The notes beneath the pieces are model-generated. The model worked only from the letters and a program-made list of their open reading frames with translations. It was not told where the DNA came from and made no database searches. A stretch of DNA of 64,000 bases from Eledone cirrhosa (taxonomy: Eukaryota). The position numbers and the translations under genes were made by a program. This document shows positions 36,440 through 49,200 of this stretch, piece after piece; position 1 is the first letter of the stretch; every line of letters starts with the position of its first letter. The stretch lies in assembly GCA_964016885.1 (NCBI GenBank), contig OZ024742.1, positions 206,708,001-206,772,000 of the forward strand, given 5' to 3'.

Positions 36440-36599
36440 TCCTTGTGCATGTATGTATATACATACTACTGTACGTCTGTATACATATATGTATGTACGT
36501 ATACATACTTATATTTAAGTATCAGCCGTACTAAGAGTGAGAAATGAAATTTCATTTTTTTATATATATATATATATATATACATACATACCAACATAC

Positions 36600-37920
36600 A
36601 CCATAGCACCAAATACAAAACGCAAACACATAACAACATCACAACCACACACACATTAGGGTGCATCGCAACAAAACATCAATAAGCCTAAATCTCAGCC
36701 CATCCATAACAACATTCAAAACCGCAACGGAGAACCTGCACACAGGAACCTTCAAATGTAACTGCCACTTACCGGATAAGTGCCCACTTCAAAATAGATG
36801 GCTGGACACAAATATAGTGTACCTGTGTACTATAAATTCGGGCAACTTAACATGGCACTACTTTGTTTCCACAGCTGGGGAATTCAAAAAAAGATGGCAC
36901 GTTCACAGACACTTTATGAAGAACCGTAGACTAGGGCACTCACACAACGCTGGCCAATAAAAGCTGCAGCTTAAGGACACAAACCAGGAATATGGGATTA
37001 GCTGGTCGAAATTATCGGGAGCAAGGGCCTACAACAACGGAATGTCCCACTGCGAACTTTGAAATATGAAGGTGTTCCATATTTTAAAGTATGATAAGAT
37101 GCTGCTTAACAGCAAAATAGAACGATCAATTTTCTGTAGGCACAAAGCAGCTATCAAGTTCGCAAATTTCAAACCAACATGATTCGATCCAACAATCTCA
37201 AAATTCGCACTGAACCACCCGGATTTTACTGACTACATACAGACTACATACCACCCCACTGTTATTAGCTGTCAACTGACCGACTGGTCACTAGATCAAC
37301 ATCATAAATGTTCTAACGTTTCTTTCACTCTCTCAACCTAAAGCCACAACCCCCATTAAGATAAGACAATCAGTATGCCTGACATTTACCACACACACAC
37401 ACACATATATCAAAACTTTCCCTCTCTATTCTTATCTAGCTGCTAGAAAGGGGTGCCCTTTCTAGCAGCTCGTCTCTCAGATACCACTGGTTCACTGCCC
37501 TAAGCACGCTGTGACATCTCTCTGCCGCGTGTAGCTGGACGGTCGCTTTAGATTCTCTTAGGGTTGTCTGGAATGTATAGTCTTGCAAGCGCTGATGAAC
37601 CATAGGCTATTCCATTTCAGTCAACAACTTCCTGCCGAAACAGATCTCTTTGGATGTGTACGGGTGTGTTATATAGTTATAGAGGTGCGTATATACATTT
37701 TAATTTATATTTTTAATTATTGTGTGTCTACTCTGCCTTCCATAGAGTATAGACTCCATACACTGGTGGTTTTCCCTGTTTTATTGATGGCACACTATCT
37801 CTCTATAGTGTGTTACCTTTTCAACATATTGTATTTTAAAGTGCTCAGGATTCTTTTTCCTTTGAGCACATTATTGACAGGGAATAACGAGAGTCTATGG
37901 CTCCTTTAATTTATCGTGGT
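36600..37920 (+). mobile_element. Penelope-like element 3' part, resembling the Hydra clade: GIY-YIG endonuclease and pLTR
   Basis: CNCHLPDKCPL (CxCx5C), IVY..YFVST..FKKRW..H, ISW, C-E-L-TGA, LLN, CRH; decayed HHR at 37586-37652; ends in (TA)n; clade assignment from memory. Confidence 0.75.
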
Positions 37921-37932
37921 ATATATATATAT

Positions 37933-38280
37933 GGAGGCACATGGCTTAGTGGTTAGAGCATTGGCCTTGCAATCGAAAGGTTGTGAGTTCAATTCTCAGA
38001 CCGGGTGATGTGTTGTTTCCTTGAGCAAGACACTTTATTTCACATTGCTCCAGTTTACTCAGCTGTAGAAATGAGATGATAGGGACTGGGGTCCATATCA
38101 TTCCACTGCAAAGTGGTCGTGGAGGTGCCACGGCAAAAAAGCACCCAGCACTCACTGTAAATGAGGTTAGGGTTAGGAAGGGCATCCAGCTTTAGAAATC
38201 AAGCCAGAATCAGTTCCCGTCCCACCCTTGCAAGCAGGGAAAAGCAGACGTAAAATGATGATGATGATGATGATGATGAT
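37933..38280 (+). mobile_element. SINE family 2 (tRNA head, CORE-like middle, RTE-type tail)
   Basis: A box TGGCTTAGTGG, B box GAGTTCAATTC, CCTTGAGCAAGACACTT, tail CAAGCAGGGAAAAGCAGACGTAAA(ATG)n. Confidence 0.85.
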
Positions 38281-38334
38281 ATATATATATATATATGCAC
38301 ACACATATATATATATATATATATACATACATAG

Positions 38335-38945
38335 TTGCAATTGTGTTGATAGATCATCGTGCCTCCTCAACAACAGATGCTGCGAACAAAATGTCATCTT
38401 CCAGTGCAGCCTAGCAGTCCTCTTCTTTACCTAGGCCTGCCTGGAGAGCATAGGTAGAGATAATTGTCAGCAGTCTCTTGCCTACAATCTAATCTTAATT
38501 ATTCTATTACTGACTCTAAGTACCTCTATTGTCTTGTTGATCCACTTCTTGGCCAGTAAAATGTCTACCTCTACCTAAACCATCATCATTTCCTACCCAG
38601 AAAAGCTTATAGCTAAGCTGTTTGCCCGCAATTAGTCTTGCTGAGGCACCTTTCCATCTCACCTCTTGCACGCAGCAGACATCCACATGTCTTCTCTCTA
38701 GCATCTCCACTATTTCACCAGATCTACCTGTCAGGGTGCCAACTTTAAGTATGGCAAGCCTGAGATGCCACATCTTTCATTGTTTCATGATTTTCTGCAA
38801 AGAAAAATGGTTTATAATCATGTTGTTGTGCGAGCGCTTGATGACGATCAGGGGATTCTCGCACTTGGCTGCACTAGCCAGCCCACTACCATGCATAGCC
38901 CTAACATGGTTAGTGTTGTTGCTGTTTACGCAGTTATTGTGATAT
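38335..38945 (-). mobile_element. RTE LINE 5' fragment (APE endonuclease)
   Basis: VGTLTGRSGEIVEMLERRHVDVCCVQEVRWKG, near-identical in protein to the 25692-26405 ORF. Confidence 0.85.
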
Positions 38946-39190
38946 TTATATGTTGCTCATAACCGTTTTGGTATTAAAACACTAGTTGGATGCCCTTCCT
39001 AACACCAGCACCACTTTACAGTATGGACTGGGTGCTTTTATTCATGCCACCAGTACTAGAGAAGTTGTCTTACTGGACTCAGTGGTCCTCTCCACCCCAT
39101 TATTTGGCATGGTTTTTCATAGCTGAATGCTACTAACATTACCTGTATTTTTACAGCATGGACCGGGTACTTTTACTCATGCCACCAGCA

Positions 39191-39257
<67 letters not shown>

Positions 39258-39279
39258 GCATATATATATATATATAACT

Positions 39280-39520
39280 GGAAAAAAAGAAATTTCATTT
39301 CTCACTCTTAGTACAGCTGATACATACATATATTTATACAGACGTATGATGGTTGCCGACCACTGTATGGCTTAATTCGGGCTGTTTGTTTGCAAACAAA
39401 CCAAACATTATAATAAATGTTCGGTAAACCCATACGTATATATATATATGTGTGCATGTATGTATATACATACTACTGTACGTCTGTATACATATATGTA
39501 TGAAGGTATACATACTTATA
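39280..39520. repeat. Rearranged fragments of family A, no HHR
   Basis: GAAATTTCATTTCTCACTCTTAGTAC and TAATAAATGTTCGGTAAACCCATACG segments in opposite orientations. Confidence 0.7.
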
Positions 39521-39624
39521 TTTATATATATATATACATATATATATATATGTATTTACATATATATATATGTATTTATATACACACACACACACATATA
39601 TATATACATATATATATGCATATA

Positions 39625-40277
39625 TCATCATCATCATCATCATCAACGTTTAACGTCCGTGTTCCACGCTTGCATGGGTTTGGACGGGGATAGTCCCACT
39701 TGAGGCAAGAGTGATTGTCTTGCTCGCATAGGACTGTCTGGCAGGTTTTCTACAGTTGGATGCCCTTCCTAACACCAACCACATTTACAGTGTGGGTCTG
39801 GGAGGTTTTTACCGTGTTGCCTACACGGCCACATTACAGCGTGGACTGTGTGTTTTTTTGTCGTGACACCTACACGATCTCATTTGTTTCGGCCTCGATG
39901 GCGCGGCACCAACATAACTTTACATAGAACGGGGTGGTGTGGATGGGGTGGGGGTGGTGGTGGTGGGACGGGGTGTATTTTGTTAGAGATGCCTACTGGC
40001 TGGAGTAGGTTTTACTATATATTTAGGTAAGGCGGGTCTTCTCTGTTACTGAGTACCGCCAAAGGTCTCGGTCCAGTGACATTGTCTTGGAGAGGTGTAA
40101 GTGTGTGATGTCGGAGTTTATCAGCTCGTCCCAGGTTTTTCTAGGTCTGCCTATTCCGTGACTACCGTCTATCTTTATTGCCCTGCACTTTGTTATACAG
40201 CTGTCGACTTTCATGCGCATCACGTGTCCATACCAACGTAGCCTTCTCTCGAGTAAACAACATCTGATCCCTCTTAT

Positions 40278-40278
<1 letters not shown>
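39625..40278 (-). mobile_element. RTE LINE 3' end with long 3'UTR
   Basis: ERRLRWYGHVMRM..GRPRKTW; matches 60005-60630 and 46550-47040. Confidence 0.85.
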
Positions 40279-40324
<46 letters not shown>

Positions 40325-40404
40325 TACATATATATATAATTACATATAAATACATATATATATATGTACATATATAAATACATATATATATATGTACATA
40401 TATA

Positions 40405-41645
40405 AGAACACCCCCAAAAGAGAGTACTAATGAACAGGATTTAGAACGTAGCACAATGGAAAGCATCCAACAGATAGCTAACTCCATACACCAGAGTATA
40501 ACTGTAACTGTTGACTACCCTTCCAAACACCCTAACAATAGACTACCTGTATTAGACACGGAACTCTGGATTAACACTATAGACGAGAGGGCCCAAATTC
40601 TCCACTCACACTACGCTAAACCGATGGCCTCCAAATACCTGATACACAAAATCTCAGCAATATTCAATAGCGCTAAGTTTAATATTCTGATCGCAGACTT
40701 GGTACGAGTGATGAAGAACGTGTCCCGCATGTGCGACCCAACTGAAATGAAAAAAACACATCCAACACTTCATCAACCTCATGCAGTTCTCTGGCTACAA
40801 CCAAAGAGACAGAATCAGAGTGTACAAAGGAGCCACGGAGAAGTGTAAGACCCTCATAGAAATGGACATGAAAGGAATTTACCCATTATACAGGAGTAAA
40901 TAATGGAATAGCTTAGAGAGGACTAGACATAAGATAGGAAAAGCCACTTCATGGTACAACAACCAGAGATACCAGAGTATCATGTTCGTGGATGCTACTC
41001 CTGGGGGAAATTAGCTAACCAATGTAGAAAGACCCTAAAAAAGACCCATCTAAAGATTAAAGTGGTAGAAAAGCCAGGAACTACCATAAAATCCCTGATC
41101 AGCAAGACATACCCCTTTAAGAAAACCTACTGTACGAATAAGAAATGTGTTATATGTAGAATGAACTCCCAGATAAATTGTAAAATGAGAAATAAATATA
41201 TACACAAGTACAATAACAGAAACACATATAAACACACACTAGTAAACAAAGATAGAATACAAAAACCAAAATACATACGCTAACACACATACCAAACACT
41301 ATACACACACGCAAATGCATGCGCAGAGATGGAGCCAAGAAGAAGTAAATAAATAAATAAATAAATAAAATAAAAATGGCATAGACATTACAATACAATA
41401 GGAGGGAACATAATAATAGTACCACTGATGATGTTGCAGATGTGCAACAAAAGAACTTTGATATACTATATTTATATATTTATATCTGTATTTTTAACCA
41501 TTGGTCAATCAATGATAAACATTGATTGCCAAATAAATTAACTATGGAGATATAAAAGATACAGAAGCGAAAACAGTGAGTGTCTTCTGTTATTATTTTT
41601 GGCAATATTATTACAACAATATGACCCTCCCCAAGTATGACATCA
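40405..41645 (+). mobile_element. Penelope-like element fragment (RT thumb, Cys-rich linker, EN deleted, pLTR)
   Basis: DYPSKHPNNRLPVLD..HYAKPMAS; FVDATPG; KVVEKPG..PF..C..C..C; HHR at 41421-41462 with GAAA changed to AAAA. Confidence 0.75.
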
Positions 41646-41672
41646 CACACACACACACATACACACACACAT

Positions 41673-41714
<42 letters not shown>

Positions 41715-41717
<3 letters not shown>

Positions 41718-42500
41718 AAAGGTAAACAATAATATCAACACAATCGGTACAGTATATGGAAGGGATATGTTAGGTTAATGCTTGATATAGCAGGAAGAGG
41801 GTGTTAACGTTTTGGACGCTAGTCCTTCATCCAAAGAAAGAATGAGAAATAAGATAGATTGAGGGGGCGGGCAGGATGGAATTGGGAAAAATGTCTATAG
41901 ATAAAAATAACAGGTTCATTCATGTTGACATCTCTTGCAAATCTGTTGGTGCTGGCGTTTTGTGTATGATTTATTTTTTAGAAAAGTGGATGATGGAGCG
42001 CGTCTACCTGAAATGGAAAAAAAAAACGTTTTTGTAAAAAAGAGTTATACTTGTGCACGAGCATAAGCATGTGTTTGTGTGTGTTATTAAACGTCCGTAC
42101 GAAGCTAAGAAGAAATGTGTGTGTATATGTAAGTAAAAGTGTGTGTGTGCATGTAAATACGAAGCTATGAGCAAAAGTATGCTAATATAAGGCTGTGAAG
42201 GGAAAATTGGAGTGAGCATATTTAGTCGGTCTGTATTAGTAGTAAGAGAATATGTTTATGATCATAAGACAGCGATAGGATTCTAGGGAGAATGTACAAG
42301 CGCATGTGATAATGGATGGGGTATTAAAAAATTGGGGATGTGAGTTGAGTCTAGGGGGAAAATAGGACCGAAGGCGGTGAATCCGACTTTGTTCAGTCCT
42401 GGTGCGCGAGGCCTGTGATCCATGATGTAAAAGGACATCCAGAACTGAAACATGTAGGGAAGAATGACCAGGAGAACAGAAATAATGGGCGACAGGAGTG
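41715..42500 (-). mobile_element. Second copy of the Neptune-type PLE 3' end
   Basis: Homologous to 11630-12365; decayed HHR at 41802-41837. Confidence 0.85.
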
Positions 42501-42502
42501 AT

Positions 42503-43035
42503 CTAGATGAAAAACAGTTTGAGTTTGTCCACAGATGCTCTTTTCCTTGTACGACAACTACAGGAGAAGTACCTAGCTAAAAGTAAACCCCTCTTCTTAG
42601 CTTTTGTTGACTTGGAGAAAGCCTTTAACAGAGTCCCACGCTCCATTATCTGGTGGTCCCTTAGAAAGCTAGGAGTAGATAAATGGCTTGTGAGAGCTAT
42701 ATAAGCCATGTATAAAGAAACAGTCAGCAAGGTTAGAATTAACAATGAATATAGTGAAGAATTTACTGTAAAAGTTGGTGTTCATCAAGGCTCTGTTCTT
42801 AGACCCCATGTTGCCGATGCTCAGGTGGAATAAGTAGCAATTGCCCACAGGTTACTAGCTCCTTCTATTGCCCAGATGGTTCTATAGAAATAGTGGACAC
42901 TTTCCGTTACCTGGGTGACAAAATCAGCAGTGGTGGAGGGTTCTCTGAAAGTACAGTAGCCAGAGTCAAAATGGGATGGAAAAATACCACTGTTGGCCAC
43001 AAAAGGTTTCTCTCTAAAAATGAAAGGCAGACATA
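42503..43035 (+). mobile_element. RTE RT fragment with internal deletions
   Basis: LVRQLQEKYLAKSKPLFLAFVDLEKAFNRVPR; GVHQGSVL. Confidence 0.85.
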
Positions 43036-44215
43036 ACGTTTGGTGACCCTGATGTCTTAGCAGTAGGCCATGATAGGTTCCCTGCTTGTGTCCTGAAGGT
43101 GTGTCGACACCTACTTGCATCTTCTCTTGCTAATCTGTGGAGGAGCTCACTGGATGCTGGCTATATTCCTGAAAACTTTCTGTCCCAGTCTGTTGTCCCA
43201 GTTTTCAAAAAGGGAAACAAGTCCTTTGCAATGAATTACTGTCTGATCTCACTCACCTCTCATATCGTCAAGGTATTTGAGAGGGTGGTGAGATCACGAA
43301 TAACCCACTTTCAGACTGCTGAACTCCAACCAACATGGGTTCCATAATGGAAGGGACTGCCTAACGCAGCTCCTGCATCACTTTGATGATATTTTGAGAG
43401 CTTTGGGAGAGGGCTCCAACACTGATGTCATCTACCTTGATTTCAACAAGGCCTTGACAGGGTTGATCATAAGATTCTATTAAAAAAATTATCCAATATT
43501 AGTGTCTCTGGAAAGTTACTACAGTGGATCAAGTGTTTGCTTACAGACAGAGCCGAACATGTAGTCGAAGGAGTAAAATCAAGCCCAGCCAAAGTCAGCA
43601 GTGGCGTCCCGCAAGGCACTGTGTTGAGCCCACTTCTTTTTATCATCTACATTAATGACATTACTGACATCACCAAGCACAGCAACATAAGAATCTTTGC
43701 AGATGATTCCAAGCTCCAGAAGGTCATCAATGAGGTGGGTGACCGGACTTGCCTTCAGTCAGAACTACTGGCTGTTATCCAATGGGTGGAAAAAAAAAAT
43801 TATGCTGCGAATGAGGATAAATTCGAGTTAATCCACTTTGGAAAAGAGGATGACCTGAAACTCCCATACTCTCTTCCTTCTGGTGAAACTCTCATGGCAT
43901 CCAACAACATCAGAGACTTGAGGGTAATTGTGGACAACAACATAAGCTGGGCCTCTCATATAAACCACAAAGTGTATTCCTAGATTCTCAGAACCTTCCA
44001 GTCAAGAGATATTCACACTGTTATCCTTCTCTTCTCCACTTTTTCTTGACCCTACCTTGAATACAGTTGTCCACAGGGGTCTCCCCGCACGAAAAAAAGT
44101 ATCATGAAAGCACCTCAAAGGTCAATTACAAAATAGATAGACCTTGACTATTGGAATCGATTAGAAAAGCTCAAACATTATTCTCTCCAACGTCGCCATG
44201 AGTGCTACATTATCT
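43036..44215 (+). mobile_element. CR1-like LINE RT fragment
   Basis: VVPVFKKG..ISLTSHIVKVFE; SGVPQGTVLSPLLFIIYIND; IFADDSKL. Confidence 0.85.
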
Positions 44216-45378
44216 GCAGTTCTTCATCCTCAGTGTATACTGATTAATGTTCAGAACCATCCTCAGCATTCTCATGTAGCATCCATCCACCATCTGAGTG
44301 AGTTTCTTGGTCAGTGTCCAAGTCTCAGACCCGTACAGCAGCACAGACTTCACTACATCAACGAAGAGGCAGATCTTCAGGTCTTTACGAAGGTCCGACT
44401 TCCACACCGATCTCAAGCTGTGGCACGCTGCCCAGGCTTTGCTCTTCCTCTCGGCCACATCATCTTCTGTATTCCTAATCTTTGCTCCCAAATACAGGAA
44501 GTCCTCAACCAATTCTAGCGGCTTTCCGCCTACATTAGTAATCTTCTCTGGCTTCTTGATATTCTCTACCAGATACTTCGTCTTAATCTCATTCATTCTT
44601 AGCGCCACACTCATCGACACAGTCTCCACCTCCTGCATCAACTCCTCTGCCTCCTTCACTGTATTTGTCACCAGAACTATGTTGTCGGCAAATTCAGCAT
44701 CCAATATCTTTTTCGCCTTAACTCTCCTGCTCTGAGTCAGTGCGACAGTAAAGACAGAGTCCAGGTGTTTCTCCAGCGCAAGGCACATACAATAGTCCAT
44801 TAAGAGGATAAAAAGCTAGGGAGCCAATGTATCTCAAAGAATTCCATCATCTGGAATTGGTTGAGGACTTTCTGTATCTGGGAGCAAAGATTGGGAATAC
44901 AGAAGATGATGTGCTCAAAAGGAAGAGCAAAGGCTGGGCGGCATGCCACAATTTGAGATTGGTGGGAAGTCGGACCTTCGTAAAGACCTGAAGATCCATC
45001 TCTTTGTTGCTGTAGTGGAGTCTGTGATGCTGTATGTATCTGAAACTTGGACACTGAACAAGAAACTCACTCAGATGGTGCATGGCTCTGAACATTAATC
45101 AGTTTACACTGAGGATGAAGAACTCAGAGCTGTACAGGAGCCTCCCAAAAGTCAGCTTGAAAGTGACACAAAGGAGACTGAGTTGACACTGCATTCAGTG
45201 CTCCTGTGGGAGCCCCTGCATGGACACACTAGAAGAGGTAGACCGAGGTTGACATATGTTGATGCCCTAAGGACAGACACTGGTCTCTTGGAGACGCAGG
45301 ACATGGCAGCAATGTTGAGGGACAGAGACCGCTGGAGACAACTCGTTCATGGATCTCGCAAATTTTACCTGCCCTAGA
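44216..45378. mobile_element. RTE-like family 2: two overlapping fragments in opposite orientation
   Basis: Minus 44216-44800 (EFADNIVL, FLYLG, LLYGSETW) and plus 44851-45378 share ~300 bp. Confidence 0.8.
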
Positions 45379-45386
45379 TATATACA

Positions 45387-45417
<31 letters not shown>

Positions 45418-45457
45418 ATATATATATATACAATATATATATATATATATATATATA

Positions 45458-47040
45458 AAAGGAAATGGTAAATAGAAATAACAACACAATCGGTACAGTA
45501 TATGGAAGGGATATATTAAGTTAACGCTTGATATAGCATGTGTGTATATGTAAGTAAAAGAGCATGTGTGTATATGTAAGTAAAAGAGTGTGTGTGTCCA
45601 TGTAAGTACGAAACTATGAGGCCAGTGATCCATGATGTAAAAGGACACACAGGACTGAAACATGTAGGGAAGAATGACTTGGAGAAAGCCTTTGACAGAG
45701 TCCCATGCTCCATTACTTGGTGGGCTGTTAGAAAACTAAGAGTAGATAAATGAGAGCTATGCAAGCCATGTATAAAGAAACAGTCAGCAAGGTTAAAATT
45801 AACAATGAATACAGTGAAGAATTTAGCGTAAAAGTTGGTGTTCATCAAGGCCCTGTCCTTAGCCCCCTCCTGTTTATTATCGTCCTTCAAGCATAACAGA
45901 GGAGTTTTAGACTGGCTTCCCAAGGGAACTTCTATGTGCAAATGATTTCACTCTCATAGCTGAATCTGTGGCTGAACTAGAGAAGAAATTCCAAACATGG
46001 CAGCATGGCCTAGAATCAAAAGGCCTTAAAGTTAACTTGTCTGAGACTAAAGTTCTAGTATGTAGAAAGGAAAATAGGGCACAGGTACCCTCTGAGAAAT
46101 GGCCATGCTCAGTGTGTAGGAAAGGAGTAGGTAGAAATTGCATTTTATATCTCAAATATAAACTATAGGTACGTAAAAGATGTAGTGGGATCACAGACAA
46201 GCTATCTAAGAATGTAGATTATATATGTGGCTGATGCTCTGGTGCAATAAGTAGCAAATGCCCACAGGATACTAGCTCCTTCTACTGCCCAGGTGGTTCT
46301 ATAGAAATAGTAGACACTTTCCATTACCTGGGAGACAAAATCAGCAGTGGTGGAGGGTGCTCTGAAAGTACAATAGCTAGAGTTAGAACGGGATGGAAAA
46401 AGTTTAGAGAGCTTATACCACTATAGGCCACTAAAGGTTTCTTTCTAAAAATGAAAGGCAGATTGTATGATGCTTGTATGCGAACAGAAATGTTACATGG
46501 CAGTGAGACCTGGACATTGTGTGCAGAGGACCTGCGTAGACTGGAAAGGAAGTCACGGAGTAGGCAGATCCAGAAAAACCTGGGATGACAGGATAAATTC
46601 TGACCTTGCACACTTGCACCTCTCTAAGACAATGTCACTGGATCGAGATCTTTGGCACCACGTAGTAATACAGAAGACCCGCCTTCCCTACATTCAAAGT
46701 TAACCTACATTCACTACCCCTACTCCATCCTTCCACTCCCGCCAACACCACCCCTTCTCTATAAAGTTATGTTGGTACCACAACATCCAGTCCAAACTAA
46801 TGAGGTCATCCGCGCTGTAATGTACCCCTGTAGGTAACACAGTAAAAAGCTCCCAGTCCATACTGTAAATGTGATCGGTGTTAGGAAGGGCATCCAGCCA
46901 TAGAAAACCTGCCAGATAGTCCTATACAAGTGAGATATGGTCACCTGACCAATCTTGCCTCAAGTGGGACAATTCCCGTTTAACCCATGCTAGTGTGGAA
47001 GACAGACGTTAAATGATGAGGATGATGATGATGATGATGA
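45458..47040 (+). mobile_element. PLE remnant fused to RTE 3' half
   Basis: 45458-45677 matches 41717-42468 with deletions; 45675-47040 is RTE RT, PHD-like finger and 3'UTR. Confidence 0.8.
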
Positions 47041-47094
47041 TATATGTGTGTGTTTCTATGTATATCTATAAATCTATATATGTGTGTGTGTAAA

Positions 47095-47155
<61 letters not shown>

Positions 47156-48316
47156 ATGCTTTCATGTACTATCGATAATCAATTGATGTGATAGATTTTT
47201 ACATTATTGTCGGAACTCAACCCTGGACAATGCCAGTAATCAATCGTAACTATGGAAACAGATGCCGCTCCTGTTAGCTAAATGCATGTTTAACATCTGC
47301 AGGAAAAAAATAGAAAAAAAAATAAATGGGCTGGGAGTGGTCAGAATACTTGCAAGAAAGTGAAGACAACAAAAGGTACTGACAGACCAGGTGGTGGTGA
47401 CGCATTGGACTGTATGTATGTGTATGTATATTTGTCTGGGTGTGTGGCTAGCTGTTTAAAGAAGACTAGAGTGAAAATCTGTAAATCAGTATGGTTTTGA
47501 TGGGTCAGTTGGCTGGTTGGTTGTTTGTTTGGCTGGATGACTGGTCAGTTGGTCAGTCAGGTGACAATTCTTTTGAGGTGATGGACACTGCTACAAGTAG
47601 AAGGTTGTCTTGGATGAGGCTGTGTCCACTAAAATACCAGAGATCCAAGTGAAGCAGAATGGAGTCTGACAAAACTTTAGTGGATATTATATGTCATTAT
47701 GACTGACCAAGATTGCAATGTGAGCTCTATGAATTGAAAATGGCAGCCTGAGAGGGGGTGGGGGAAGAAGAGGGAGAGTTGAGAGGTATAGTAGGAGAGT
47801 GAAAGGCAATGAAAAGGAAAGAATGAAAGAAGAGGATGAGAAGGAAAGGAAAAGAAAAAAATAGAAAGAAAAGCAAAATGAAAATGGGGAGAGGGGGGAA
47901 GATAGAGAAAGCAAGAGGGAGGGAGAGATGAAGAGAGATGAAGAGAGATGGAGAGAGATGGAGAGAGATGGAGAAAGTAAAAGATGAAAACAAGAAAAAA
48001 ACTGAAGGAGTGAACTAAAAAGAAAAGAAAGAAAAGAAATTAATAAAGTAAGTAAAAGGGAAAGAAGAAAATCAAGAATGATTTGTTTTTGTTGTATAAT
48101 TCCAGATAAGTCCTCATCTATTAAATCTCTTTATTTTTTTATGCTTCAAGCACTACCATCACCATCAACTCTTTGCACTACTATATCACTCCCTCAACCA
48201 CCACTATCATAATCACAACACCACTATCAACACTTTACATTACTATATCACTATCATAAGCAACAACACTGCAACCACAACTTTGCACAAGTATACTACT
48301 AACATTAACAAACAAA

Positions 48317-49200
48317 GCGTTTGCATGGTTGCTCAAGTTGCTAGAAATAGCAACCAAATCTTCTAAAAATCATGCACTGTCACCTAAAGATTAGGATATG
48401 TTGGATAAGGTGATTCTGTTTTTAGCTGAACATGGGAAAATAAGATGGTAATGGCTAGAATGCTTTTGATAAAAAGGTCTGCCCAACTAGGGCTGATCTG
48501 GTGTTAAATAATAACAATAACAACAACTGGGTGATCCTCTATGTAGTTGCTTGACCTACTAGAGATAGCAGCCTAACCTTTCTTAAAATCACACCCTACT
48601 GTCTTAAAAAATAAAACATTCAATGCAACCCAAGTTTTCTGTACTGGGTGATCATGGTAGAAATGCTTTTGGTCATAGATATGTTTTATCCTGGCTAACC
48701 TGGGGTTAAACAACCACAACTTAAGGAGCGTCTATGTGATCAACTGACATGCTATAAATAGCAGCCAAATCTCATGTTTCCTTAACATCTTACGAAAATG
48801 AACACAGTATGTTTGAAATAATTGTTTCTACTTTTGGCACAAGGCCACCAATTACCCAGTACATTACTGGTACTTTATTTCATCGACCCTGTAAGGATGA
48901 AAGGCAAAGTTAACCTTGGTGGGATTTGAACTCAGATTATAAAGAGATGTAACTCTATGCTTCAAAGCATGGTGTCCGATTCTTTACCGATACTGCCAAT
49001 CCACTGCCCTAATATGTTTGCAATAATGAAATGGGTCAAATTCCTTTGATCATAAGTCTACTAGATCAGCACTGACTTGGGGATAAATAGCAAGAACTCA
49101 ACAATCACCACCACCATGAGCCAACTAAATATGGTTTTCGATCTGCTAGAAATAGTAACTAAATCTCATTTAAAGCTCACCCTCTGGTCTTAAATGTAGC
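48317..49200 (+). repeat. Tandem diverged ~200 bp repeat, 3-4 copies, one interrupted by a SINE
   Basis: Recurring (G)CTAGAAATAGCA.CCAAATC, GAATGCTTTTG and GGGTTAAA(CAA)n; dispersed copies near 53350, 54080-54350 (minus) and 55990. Confidence 0.6.
48822..49011 (-). mobile_element. SINE family 1, full-length with TSD
   Basis: TATGTTTG(A/C)AATAAT on both flanks. Confidence 0.85.

Larger units (their letters stand above)
35771..36560 (+). mobile_element. Retrozyme-like family A tandem array (419 bp period) with inverted 5' piece
   Basis: Two HHRs 419 bp apart, octamer at 36320, inverted fragment 35771-35902, flanked by (TA)n. Confidence 0.85.

Noticed and set aside
37438-37470. 15 bp perfect hairpin as a SECIS or terminator
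   Set aside because: Lacks the AUGA/GA quartet and apical AA; no U-tract
37933-38005. tRNA genes at SINE heads and at the PBS
   Set aside because: No complete cloverleaf; these are SINE Pol III heads and a primer site
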